The position numbers and the translations under genes are program-made. Shown piece by piece: positions 18,501 to 26,071 of a stretch of 64,000 nucleotides of DNA. The DNA is from a virus. Each line of letters starts with the position of its first letter. Positions within the stretch are counted from its first letter, which is position 1. The DNA is taken from the IMG/VR virus record IMGVR_UViG_3300035701_000002; one strand, given 5' to 3'. Below the pieces are notes generated by a model. That model saw only the letters and a list, made by a program, of their open reading frames with translations, was not told the DNA's origin and ran no database searches.

Positions 18501-20641
18501 GCATGGACCTGAGCGTCGAGGTCGACGAAAGCGTTGATCGCCGCCGCGGCCGCGGCCACCGAGAGCGACAGCGAAACGTCGATCGGGCCGAGCGTCACGC
18601 CGTCGATCACCAGGACGATCCGGTCGGTCGCCAGCGGGGCGACCGGGTTGGTGACGGGGTTCCCGACGAGGACGGCCTTGTACGCCGTCGCGAGGTTCGG
18701 GGACACCGCGGGAGTCCCGTCGACCACGACGCCGCCGAAGATGCTGCTGGCGGAGTAGATGTCGTACGGCTCTTGCTGGGCGTTCGAGAACGAGGCGTGG
18801 GACGCCGGGTTCAGCGAGTTGCTGAAGAGGACGGTCACGGTCTCGGAGACGGGGGTCCCGGAGCCGGTGTGGAACGCGTCGGGGAGGTACTCGACGCCGG
18901 ACGGCCACTGGACCGTCTGGGAGAGACCGGACTTCGTCCCGTACTTGGCTCCGAAGAGGTTGGCCCCCGTCGCGCTCGACTCGATCGTGTACTGTCCGAC
19001 GCCCGAGGGGCCGGAGGTCACGACGCTGAAGGTGAAGGCGCTGTCCGAGATCCGGTTGTACCAGAAGGTGGCGAACGCCTGATAGTCGGCGGGGACCGGA
19101 TCGCGGAGGACGAAGGTGTTCGTCGCCGAGTCGGCCTCGAGGACGACGACCGACGGACGGGCCGCGGCGTCGCGCCACGTCTTGCCGACGTGGACGGTGA
19201 CGAGGTCCGGGCGGTTCGTCGGAAGGTCGATCCTTCCGTTCGTGATCGTCTGGTAGAGGGAGACGCCGAGGGGCGTATCCCTGCCGTTGCCGGTCGTCGG
19301 CGAGAGCGGCGTCACGAACTTCGTCTCGGAGACGGTCGCGGTGAGCGGATCCGTGAACCTCGCGCAGGGGACGCCGTAGATCCGGTTGTCGACGAGGAGG
19401 CCGGTGATCTGGGTGGAGTCGAAGGTGGTGAGGCCCGTCTTCTCGCCCGCGGTCACCAGGAAGGCCGTTCCCCACTGGATGATCGACTGCTCGCCCTGGT
19501 TGATGACGACGAAGTCGGGTCCGTTGAGGTAGTCGCGGCGGTTGGGCGCGATGCCCACGTTCCCGACGTTGACGATGTTGCTGTTCGGCAGGTAGTCGAA
19601 CGTGTCCTGCCACGTGTTGAAGTAGTACGTGATGGCGACCGTCGAGCCGGGCTTCGGCGCAAACGGAAGGGTGACCATCGAGTTGGCGCCGTCGAGGGTC
19701 TTCGCAAGGACCTGGACGCCGTTGACGATCACGACGACCCTGGAAGGATCCGTCGTGGTGATGCCGCCGCTGGAGCCGTCGACGACCGGGCCGTTGAGGA
19801 CGCGGAAGGCCGCGTTGCGGGCCGTGCTCGTCCCGGGATTGAACCCGAACACGCCGTTGGCGTTCCCGGATCCGATGAGGATGTTGCCCTGAGCCTGGAG
19901 CTGGACGTGGTTCAGGCCCGCGGCGTCGACGTGGACGGACGCGCTGAGGCCGGTCACGGCCGCAGCGTTGATGTCGTTCGCGACGTCCGAGGCGGCGCGG
20001 CCGGTGCCGACCGTCAGCGCGATCGAGACCTGGAGGACGTCGTCGACCGTGACGGCGAAGGTGTCGTTCACGCCGGCGAGGACGCTGTACGTCTCCGCCT
20101 GCGGAGCGACGAGGACGGCCGGGGTCGTCGTGACCTGGGACGAGACGTCGTCGGTGATCCGAGTGTCGCCGCGGTGGAAGAAGTAGTTGATCGTGACGAC
20201 GTCGTCCGCCTGGGGCGGGATCAGGAGCTGGACGATCCCGTTCGCCCCGTCGACGGACGCGACGACGGACTGCTGCCCGTTGACGGTGGCCGAGACCTTC
20301 GTGGCGTCGTAGGTCGTCTTTCCGATCCCGGAACCGTCCACGATCGGGAGGTTGCGGACCTTGAACTTCGTCCTGGCGCCGTCGAACGGGCCGAGCACGG
20401 GGGCGTTGTTCGGACCGGACACGACAGCGCGGCCCGCGGCGTCCTCCCCGAAGACGGGCGTGTCGGCGACGGAGCTTGAGCCCCTGACGAGCTCGTAGTC
20501 CGTCTGGCTCAGGGTCTCCTTTGCCGTCCCAATCAGCACCGGGACCCGAAGGCCTCCAAGGAGCTGGGTGACGACCGGCTCGGTGACGGTCCGGGTGTAA
20601 ACGCCGGGAGGCGCGTAGGTCGTAAAAGGTCCGATGCCCAT
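15545..20641 (-). CDS. giant contractile tail sheath-like protein (1698 aa) with large insertion domains
   Basis: N-terminus MGIGPFTTYAPPGVYTRTVTEP matches the sheath PGV(Y)xxE start motif. The C-terminus ...ILRAEAIYVPVFPLEYIVATMQVRIRL resembles the conserved sheath C-terminal strand pattern (cf. T4 gp18 ...FVATFYIQPARSINYITLNFV). Six tandem ~38-aa repeats (KxK(Y/F)NxHLxQxGVHxxxDTVN) and a duplicated ~70-aa beta domain lie in the insertion. ATG at 20641 is preceded by GGAGAAGGAGC. The other-frame ORFs 15534..19613 and 15869..20479 are shadows. Confidence 0.5.
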   Translation of the reverse strand: MGIGPFTTYAPPGVYTRTVTEPVVTQLLGGLRVPVLIGTAKETLSQTDYELVRGSSSVADTPVFGEDAAGRAVVSGPNNAPVLGPFDGARTKFKVRNLPIVDGSGIGKTTYDATKVSATVNGQQSVVASVDGANGIVQLLIPPQADDVVTINYFFHRGDTRITDDVSSQVTTTPAVLVAPQAETYSVLAGVNDTFAVTVDDVLQVSIALTVGTGRAASDVANDINAAAVTGLSASVHVDAAGLNHVQLQAQGNILIGSGNANGVFGFNPGTSTARNAAFRVLNGPVVDGSSGGITTTDPSRVVVIVNGVQVLAKTLDGANSMVTLPFAPKPGSTVAITYYFNTWQDTFDYLPNSNIVNVGNVGIAPNRRDYLNGPDFVVINQGEQSIIQWGTAFLVTAGEKTGLTTFDSTQITGLLVDNRIYGVPCARFTDPLTATVSETKFVTPLSPTTGNGRDTPLGVSLYQTITNGRIDLPTNRPDLVTVHVGKTWRDAAARPSVVVLEADSATNTFVLRDPVPADYQAFATFWYNRISDSAFTFSVVTSGPSGVGQYTIESSATGANLFGAKYGTKSGLSQTVQWPSGVEYLPDAFHTGSGTPVSETVTVLFSNSLNPASHASFSNAQQEPYDIYSASSIFGGVVVDGTPAVSPNLATAYKAVLVGNPVTNPVAPLATDRIVLVIDGVTLGPIDVSLSLSVAAAAAAINAFVDLDAQVHADGSPTFLSTAPNALASATSYGTQALLQVKGRNVQSFTNGLTSSVLVLVPTSGGQTDGSPKFGLAPNMSAAGSYSAMNQPATLVGTKVAPYNITSGLNNNFQMSVDGLDFGVTLPSGAATTLEDVVTAINDGYLAVAPAADVATYTADLVALANNLKATFNSHIPSVTYHLIADAVNPVVSPNATDLVTSITLINEFRTNYNAHLSQAGVHQLSDTVNPTALPACTDLPTAILLAHDLKEKYNFHLLQKGVHGFDDTVNAETVAIAVDQLTEEALLTDLKAKINAHYLQSGVHKVNDVTDTILGITVPDGPGGPYTNFAALANEIKAKLNVHLASTAYHAVADTTNVIVAPNATTVGPAGLASVIALANAIGYATTFGSYNAHRTQLQGIYHVHGTNDLVDAATATLSELVAHTGTGSIAGQLWLSSRVNSQISNVGIKSTGTANDVLGFVGGALAQRLQPTAKAIASALNANVAFGALAVAYGLPVPGLGNYLEINSRSTGSTSTIAFTSVAGTAFVTDTGLGIVPGSSSAVGENAQAGYTVSSSAGLAGSHGTGFPGQTYTDATTGLRFTVLPATAGDYDNGGSFKLAVGQTFTCDGTIPLRCIGGVETTVFNTNNMNPGTAAVLTTYPRSGTHPKIGDVYYVSYDYAKTDLATGLYRDNKKIQQSFGPPTPDNPLSLGARFALLNGAVLLGLKQVQRAPGSSQATLQSYVAAIDEQQKPISGSVKPDVITPLATDPQIFSYLNQHCVFMSSPRQEGERTGIVGVAVGTSPLGVQAIARGLSSELMIVTYPDSFVITLTDDQGNSFDQLVDGSYAAAALAGSTCNPSVDVATPITRRSLIGFKNLGRLLDPTDANATAVSGVTVVEQVDTGLRIRHGLTTRTDTVITRTPSVTLTIQFVQQTIRKVLDPYIGQKFTGAIIKSVETQLTGAFGNLIDQQIVAKVAGLAVFTDANDPTILRAEAIYVPVFPLEYIVATMQVRIRL

Positions 20642-20794
20642 CTTAGCTCCTTCTCCTGAGCAGAAGTCTAATTATCCGTCTACGTATCCGCCGGTGACAG
20701 GTCTTCGTACGGGTATTCGTATGGGCTGAGTGAGCCTTAGTTTCAAGGCCACCGACCATAGAAAACCCATGAATGGGCGGAGCGAGCAGGTTAG
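20642..20794 (-). promoter_or_regulatory. AT-rich (~50% GC) intergenic region upstream of sheath gene; putative promoter plus strong RBS
   Basis: The only about 150-bp non-coding stretch in the region. On the coding strand: TTGAAA-19nt-TACGAAT, then GGAGAAGGAG-5nt-ATG. Confidence 0.35.
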
Positions 20795-21226
20795 CTAGGA
20801 GCTCTTCTTGACCTGGTCGAGCTTCGTAATCGCGGCCCCGCGAAGGCCGAGGATGTCGGCCTTCGCGGGTGCGACCTTCCCGTCGACCTTGGACAGGGCG
20901 TTCGTCCCGGACTCCCTCCGGGTCTTCTCCCTGTCGACGCGCTCCGCGTTGATCCTCTCCCACTTCTTCTCGGAGGAGCGCCCCACGGCCTTGTCGAGAG
21001 TCGGATAGTCGAGATCGTGAGATCCGGAGTTCCCGTGGACGCCGCTCTCCCCGCGAACGCCGCCGGCGAACTGAAAATTGGTGATGGAGATGGCGAGCCT
21101 GCGGGCCCTACCTCCGCAGGTCGGGCACGGATGCCACTGCGAGTACTTCTTGACCTCGTCGGTCTGGGTGAGGAGCTCCTCGAACTCAGCCTCGCACGGA
21201 TCGCACTTGTACTCGAACGTGGGCAT
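20795..21226 (-). CDS. FmdB-like zinc-ribbon protein (paralog of 62027..62452)
   Basis: The refined start MPTFEYKCDPCEAEFEEL...HPCPTCGG gives CxxC...CxxC. It is about 143 aa, the same length and N-terminal signature as the MPTYSFKCPSETCE...PCPKCGG protein at 62027. Confidence 0.6.
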   Translation of the reverse strand: MPTFEYKCDPCEAEFEELLTQTDEVKKYSQWHPCPTCGGRARRLAISITNFQFAGGVRGESGVHGNSGSHDLDYPTLDKAVGRSSEKKWERINAERVDREKTRRESGTNALSKVDGKVAPAKADILGLRGAAITKLDQVKKSS

Positions 21227-21252
21227 CGTACGGGACGATACCGAAATCGGTG

Positions 21253-22524
21253 TCAGCGGACGGACTCGTACGTGAGCTTCTTGCCCCTGCCGCGCCCGAT
21301 CCACACCGGGATTCCGGCAATCTCCGTCGGGCCGCCCTCCGAAAGGAGGTCGAGGGGGAACGACCCGTCGAGGTACCCGCGGTCCTGCTCCGCCGACTTG
21401 GAGGTGAGCTCTATCCTGTTGACGACGCCCGGAAGCGGGATGTAAGTCTCCCAGTCGACGCGGAGGGACAGCGACACAGAGCTCTCGTAGTAGTACTCGT
21501 CAGTCTCAGCGTTGTACACCTCCTCGTTCTCGCCGCCGGGCGATATGTCGAGAAGCTCGAGGCCGTCGTATCCGAGGTCCTTCTGACTCTCCAGGAACTT
21601 CACGACGACGTAGTCGGTCATCCTCTCCCTGTCCTCGGTGTCCCTGGTGAATACGATGAGGTCGAAGGTGACCTCGAACTTCCCTCCGTAGACCTCGGCG
21701 ACGTCGGATCTCGTGTCGGTCACGACTATCGCTACCTTGTCGCAGTTCTGGGCCCTGTCGCCGAACGCGAGGACCGCACCGGGGAGGGCGGTCGTGTTGG
21801 CCGTGTCGCGGAAGAACTCGAAGGGGCCCTGCAGGCCTATCCTGTAGCGGTAGTCCGCATAGACGGCCATCCCGGGCGGCGTGGCCTTCAGGAAGGTGAC
21901 GTGGCCTGTGGGATAGTCCACGTGATAGTCGACGTCCGGAACGAGGACCCGGCGGTTGTCCAGCCACAGCCTGAGAGAGCCGTCGTACACGTTGTCGTGC
22001 GAGAGCTGAGCGTCCGTGTCGACCGAGCTCGTGAAGAAGATGAGCGGTTCCTGGGTGACGGTCAGGACTGGGTCGATGGTGAAGAGGCCGGCGATCGTGT
22101 TGGCGTCGTCGGGAATCTTGGTCACGGAGAGGAAGTACACGCCCGGCGGGCTCGGGAAGGAGTTCCTGTCGACGCAGTACTGCTCCAGGACGTTGAAGTT
22201 CTCACGGACCCACTCGATGGTGGTACCCGGGAGGTTCTCCACGGGGGCCTGCATGACGAACGAGGCCAGCCGGCCGATATAGTTGTCGGCGGACAGGCGA
22301 ACACGGTCCGCCGACGCATTGTTGACGATAATCCCGCGCTGGGGACGGAGCTCGAAGGAGAACTTGGACTGAACGTTCTCCGAGTCCGCCCGGTAGCGCG
22401 GGTGGTCGTAGAGAATCTTCTTGAGCTCCCGCACCACCCTCTTCTTGGTGGCGTTTATCAACCAGTTCTTGATAGCACACCCCCTTCCTGCCGCGACGAG
22501 GTCCTTTCTACGTGGCACCAGCAA
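21253..22524 (-). CDS. hypothetical protein, probable virion/baseplate structural protein
   Basis: 423-aa beta-rich ORF. The listed start overlaps the upstream HNH gene by 66 nt, so the true start is probably internal. Confidence 0.5.
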   Translation of the reverse strand: MLVPRRKDLVAAGRGCAIKNWLINATKKRVVRELKKILYDHPRYRADSENVQSKFSFELRPQRGIIVNNASADRVRLSADNYIGRLASFVMQAPVENLPGTTIEWVRENFNVLEQYCVDRNSFPSPPGVYFLSVTKIPDDANTIAGLFTIDPVLTVTQEPLIFFTSSVDTDAQLSHDNVYDGSLRLWLDNRRVLVPDVDYHVDYPTGHVTFLKATPPGMAVYADYRYRIGLQGPFEFFRDTANTTALPGAVLAFGDRAQNCDKVAIVVTDTRSDVAEVYGGKFEVTFDLIVFTRDTEDRERMTDYVVVKFLESQKDLGYDGLELLDISPGGENEEVYNAETDEYYYESSVSLSLRVDWETYIPLPGVVNRIELTSKSAEQDRGYLDGSFPLDLLSEGGPTEIAGIPVWIGRGRGKKLTYESVR

Positions 22525-23072
22525 CAGACGAGGTCACATTTCGACATCTCAGCTTCAATCTTGTCGAACCTCCACCCACCGGAGACCGCACTGGCGATAT
22601 CGATCAGTTTGGTTTCCTCGGGACGATGATCCCAGTCCATCAACAGAGGGTCGAACGAAGTCCCGCAGTCAGAACATGGACGATCTTTCTTCAGATCCGA
22701 CACTTTCCGGCGCAAGACCGAACTGCGTGTGCGGCGACGATCGGCAATACCGCACATCCTGCAGCTGACAACATGGGCGGGGTGACTCTTGCAAGAGTAC
22801 CTGTCCATCCTTATGACCCTGGAAGCAGTCCTAGCCCTGTGACATCCGACGCATACCAGGTCACATTTACCGATCTCGAGAAGAAGTTTTTCAACGCTGC
22901 AAGCTCTGTAGACAAGGGCGCTGATGTGAAAGACCTTAACTTCATCCGGCCGATGATCAAAGTGCATCGCCTCCGAACGAAACGACCGCGAGCAATCGCC
23001 GCACAGGCCAGACTTCAGTCGACAAACGATCGACTCTAGTCTTTCCTGCTGACGTTGCTTCCGCTGTCTCAA
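22458..23072 (-). CDS. tandem-HNH endonuclease (two HNH modules; low-GC island)
   Basis: Two modules: CGDCSRSF...HFDHRPDE...CDLVCVGCH and CSDCGTSF...DWDHRPEE...CDLVCCWCH. About 52% GC against about 67% background. Confidence 0.75.
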   Translation of the reverse strand: MRQRKQRQQERLESIVCRLKSGLCGDCSRSFRSEAMHFDHRPDEVKVFHISALVYRACSVEKLLLEIGKCDLVCVGCHRARTASRVIRMDRYSCKSHPAHVVSCRMCGIADRRRTRSSVLRRKVSDLKKDRPCSDCGTSFDPLLMDWDHRPEETKLIDIASAVSGGWRFDKIEAEMSKCDLVCCWCHVERTSSRQEGGVLSRTG

Positions 23073-23098
23073 GGGACGCCTCCTTCGGCCGGGGGGCC

Positions 23099-23356
23099 CT
23101 ACTGTCCCTTCTTGGACTTCTTCGACTTGGTCTCGACCGGCTCCGAAGGCTCTGACTCGTCAGAGGGAACCACAGGGTCGTCGTCCTGTGCCGGCTCCGG
23201 CTCCGGCTCCGGGGACGGCTCCGGCTCAGGGACGGGCGCCGGCGCCGGCGCGGGCGCGGGCGCGGGGGCCGTTCCAGAAAGGTGGGGGTAGGAGTGGTCG
23301 ATGAGGTCGCTCACCGTCTCCACGATCTTGCCAACGTAAACGCCCTTATGGTGCAT
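23099..23356 (-). CDS. small protein with (AP)n/(EP)n low-complexity tail
   Basis: 85-aa ORF. The DNA simple repeat ggcgccggcgccggcgcgggcgcgggcgcggg at 23234-23268 encodes APAPAPAPAP. Confidence 0.4.
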   Translation of the reverse strand: MHHKGVYVGKIVETVSDLIDHSYPHLSGTAPAPAPAPAPAPVPEPEPSPEPEPEPAQDDDPVVPSDESEPSEPVETKSKKSKKGQ

Positions 23357-23380
23357 TCTATCCTCCTGCCCTCGAGATGA

Positions 23381-23905
23381 TTAAGGCCTCAGGGCCGACT
23401 CGACGGACTCGATGTATGAACGGTGATAGTGGTGATGTCCGTAGCTCGACACCGGTCCCGGGGTCGCGTAGTTCGCGGCCTGCGACCAGTCGTCCTTCCC
23501 GGTCTGGATGGCGCGAAGAGCGTCTTGCTTCGGCATCTGGAACACCCACCGGAGGACGGCGTATGCGAAGGCGGGGCTCCGGGATCCGCCCTGCTGGCAG
23601 TGGACGTAGACCGGGCCGTGCCCCACGTTCAGATGGGCGAAGGAGACCGCGTGCCTGACCAGGCCGGCCGGGAACGGGGTGCCGTCGTCGGGGACGCGGC
23701 ACTCGCTCAGGACCGGTATGCCCTTCCCCTCGTCCGAGTGCTCCGTCTCGACGTTGAGGACGGATCGGACGCCAAAGTCGTCCCTGAGGTGGGCCCAGTC
23801 GGCCTGGTCGAATATGCTCCCCCCGACTATGACGAGCGGGTGCACCGACCATCGGTGGCACGCGTGGCCGAGATACAGGCGGTTCGCGTACTGCTCGATG
23901 ATCAC
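23381..23905 (-). CDS. dual-specificity/tyrosine protein phosphatase
   Basis: CX5R P-loop VHCQQGGSRSPAFAYAVL, with a conserved Asp upstream. A GTG start overlaps the upstream stop (GTGA). Confidence 0.8.
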   Translation of the reverse strand: MIIEQYANRLYLGHACHRWSVHPLVIVGGSIFDQADWAHLRDDFGVRSVLNVETEHSDEGKGIPVLSECRVPDDGTPFPAGLVRHAVSFAHLNVGHGPVYVHCQQGGSRSPAFAYAVLRWVFQMPKQDALRAIQTGKDDWSQAANYATPGPVSSYGHHHYHRSYIESVESALRP

Positions 23906-24408
23906 GGGCTACCGACTTTCTCGACCGAGTTGGCGTGGAACCTCGACACCGTCCCGTCCTTGTCGTCCTCGACGTAGAACTCTCCGAAGCTGATCACTTT
24001 CCCTGACATGGCGCGCCCGTTCCGGACGTACCGGGGCATACGGACCGAGTCCCCGACCTTGACGTCCCCGGCGGCACGGATGGACGAGTCCCAGTCGGCG
24101 ACCGGGTGTTCCGGGGACGGGGCGAATGGCAGGTCGTTCGGATGGTAGCAGCAGAAGCCGAGGAAGATGTCCGCCGCGGCGCCGTTGTGCACGCGGATCT
24201 TCTGCTTGACGGTGACAACGTAGTCCTTATATCCGCGCGGATCGTTGTCGGATCCGGAGGACTCTCCGTCCGGATCCTTCTCGATCGTCATGATGCACGG
24301 TCGGGACGAGTACTTCGATATCTTGTACGAGATGGCGTACAGCCACGACTCGTTCTCCTCGCGTGTCCATGCGAGGACCGGACCGCGGACGCTCATGGGC
24401 TGTTCCAT
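23902..24408 (-). CDS. hypothetical protein
   Basis: 168-aa ORF coupled to its neighbours by overlapping start/stop. Confidence 0.5.
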   Translation of the reverse strand: MEQPMSVRGPVLAWTREENESWLYAISYKISKYSSRPCIMTIEKDPDGESSGSDNDPRGYKDYVVTVKQKIRVHNGAAADIFLGFCCYHPNDLPFAPSPEHPVADWDSSIRAAGDVKVGDSVRMPRYVRNGRAMSGKVISFGEFYVEDDKDGTVSRFHANSVEKVGSP

Positions 24409-25412
24409 CAGTCGTCCATCTGGGCGAGGAGGAGGAGGCCCGTGGCGACGGCCGTCATCGGATCGCCGGCGGCGCGGATCTCGGAGATCTGGATGGGGAA
24501 CTTCGAACGGTGGACCTCAAAGCGCTCCTTGAACTTCTCGAGGAAGCCGCCGGCCAGGGACGTCCCGCCGGACACGATGATCGGTATGGGCTTCGGGACG
24601 AGGATCTCGCTCTTGGCTCTGGCGAAATGCTTGATCACGTTGTCGATAGTGTAATCGATCAGGGTCTGGACGAAGAGGGTGATCGCCTCCTCGTCGCGGT
24701 TCTTCGGGGACGTGATGTCAATCCCGCCCTCCTTCAGGGCGCACATCTTGGCGGCCGTGGTGTTAACGGCCCGTCCGGCGCCAGCGTCGATCCAGTCACC
24801 GCCCCGTCCAAGCGAGAACTCGAGCGCGGACATAGCGTTGTACGAAAGGCAGACGTTCGTCATGCCCGATCCGTACGAGATCCCGAGGCCGGAGAAGCTC
24901 TCCTTTCCGCATTCGGAGAAGACGACGGCGAGAGCCTCGTTCGCCGGCTCCGGAAGATAGCCGAGCTCCTTCAGAATCTTGCTGATGACCATCCCGTGGT
25001 AGGTCACATCCGAGTTCGCGACGTCCACGGCCGCGGCCGGGACCGAAAAGCAGCACTTCTCGCCGGACTTCGACGGATCCCCGAGGATCTGCTTCATCAT
25101 GAGGGCGATGACCTGCTGGGCGTCGATCTCGCCGGAGGCGATCAGGCCCCCGGACATGGGGCGGCGGGCCTCGCGATTGAAGATGTTGGCCGTCTCGAGA
25201 GCCTTATCCCCGATGACGAGGAGCTTTCCGTCGAGCTCGACATAGTCCGTCCCGGATAGCTTGAGCATGCGCTTGTGCTCGGGCGGGAGATCGAGGAACG
25301 CGTCCCGGACGCGCTTGTGCTCGATCTTCTTGTTCAGGCGCCTTGCGGCGACGAAGTTCATCGTGCCACAGTCGAGTCCGACCCCGCTGTCTCCGTTCTT
25401 TGACATGGTCAT
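24408..25412 (-). CDS. actin-like ATPase (ParM/Alp/MreB-Hsp70 superfamily)
   Basis: Phosphate-1 motif VGLDCGTMNF near the N-terminus and phosphate-2/adenosine motifs ...IVSGGTSLAGGF. Start refined to ATGACCATG (MTMSKNG) with ACGGAGACC upstream. Confidence 0.6.
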   Translation of the reverse strand: MTMSKNGDSGVGLDCGTMNFVAARRLNKKIEHKRVRDAFLDLPPEHKRMLKLSGTDYVELDGKLLVIGDKALETANIFNREARRPMSGGLIASGEIDAQQVIALMMKQILGDPSKSGEKCCFSVPAAAVDVANSDVTYHGMVISKILKELGYLPEPANEALAVVFSECGKESFSGLGISYGSGMTNVCLSYNAMSALEFSLGRGGDWIDAGAGRAVNTTAAKMCALKEGGIDITSPKNRDEEAITLFVQTLIDYTIDNVIKHFARAKSEILVPKPIPIIVSGGTSLAGGFLEKFKERFEVHRSKFPIQISEIRAAGDPMTAVATGLLLLAQMDD

Positions 25413-25498
25413 GGTCTCCGTAGAGGTATTCAAGTCCGGCTGGACCTTACCGGGCCTAAACATGACGAGGAAGACTCGGGGGCGGAAAGGACGCCCGC

Positions 25499-26071
25499 CT
25501 ACTTCTTCCGCATCTTGCTGAGGGCCTTCCTGGACTCGTCGAACTCCTTAGAGTCGGTCTCGGACGAGGCAACCGTAATCTTCGCCTCGGCGTCCGGGAC
25601 GACCTTGCTCGGGATGAAGAAAGGATCCTGGGACGGCTGCTGGAAGTGGGGCGACTGGGCGGGGAGCGAGAGGCCGGACGGAGCCCCTCCCCTCTTGAGT
25701 ATCGATAGGATCTCGGACATCATTCCGTCGAGGTGGGAGACGGAGCTCACGAGAGAGGAAACGTCCTGGACGGGCGGGATGACGGCGGCGGGGGGCGGGG
25801 CAGCTGCGGGGGCAGGCTGCGCAGGGACGTCAACAGGAGACGTGCGAATTCCGGACAAAGGCCAAACGGGGACGGGACTCACGGCCGGCGGCCTCGACGA
25901 GACGGTCACCCACCTCATCTGGATCATCTTCCTGAGGTCAGAGGAGGAGTCGCGCATGTTCTGGGTGATGACCCTGGAGCTGTCGAGACCGCCCCTGGCC
26001 TGAAGGGACACACCTATGTCCTCGACGACAAGGCTCGTGCTCAGGTTGTTGGAGACCTCGTACAGCATCAC
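25499..26071 (-). CDS. hypothetical protein (Pro/Ala-rich middle)
   Basis: 190-aa ORF. Confidence 0.45.
   Translation of the reverse strand: MMLYEVSNNLSTSLVVEDIGVSLQARGGLDSSRVITQNMRDSSSDLRKMIQMRWVTVSSRPPAVSPVPVWPLSGIRTSPVDVPAQPAPAAAPPPAAVIPPVQDVSSLVSSVSHLDGMMSEILSILKRGGAPSGLSLPAQSPHFQQPSQDPFFIPSKVVPDAEAKITVASSETDSKEFDESRKALSKMRKK

Noticed and set aside
15869-20479. Very long plus-strand ORF (1536 aa) and the alternate-frame minus ORF 15534..19613 (1359 aa)
   Set aside because: Their R/G/P/D-rich low-complexity translations are typical of frame shadows in about 68% GC DNA. The minus-strand frame at 15545..20641 gives a compositionally normal protein with a verified ATG and RBS. The same logic applies to 6756..8684(+), 12352..13956(+), 27475..29238(+), 33260..34861(+), 29858..30979(+) and the plus-strand ORFs inside the collagen genes.
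20642-20794. tRNA gene in the AT-rich intergenic region (and in 59772..59935)
   Set aside because: No GTTCRANYC T-loop or acceptor-stem complementarity could be found on either strand.
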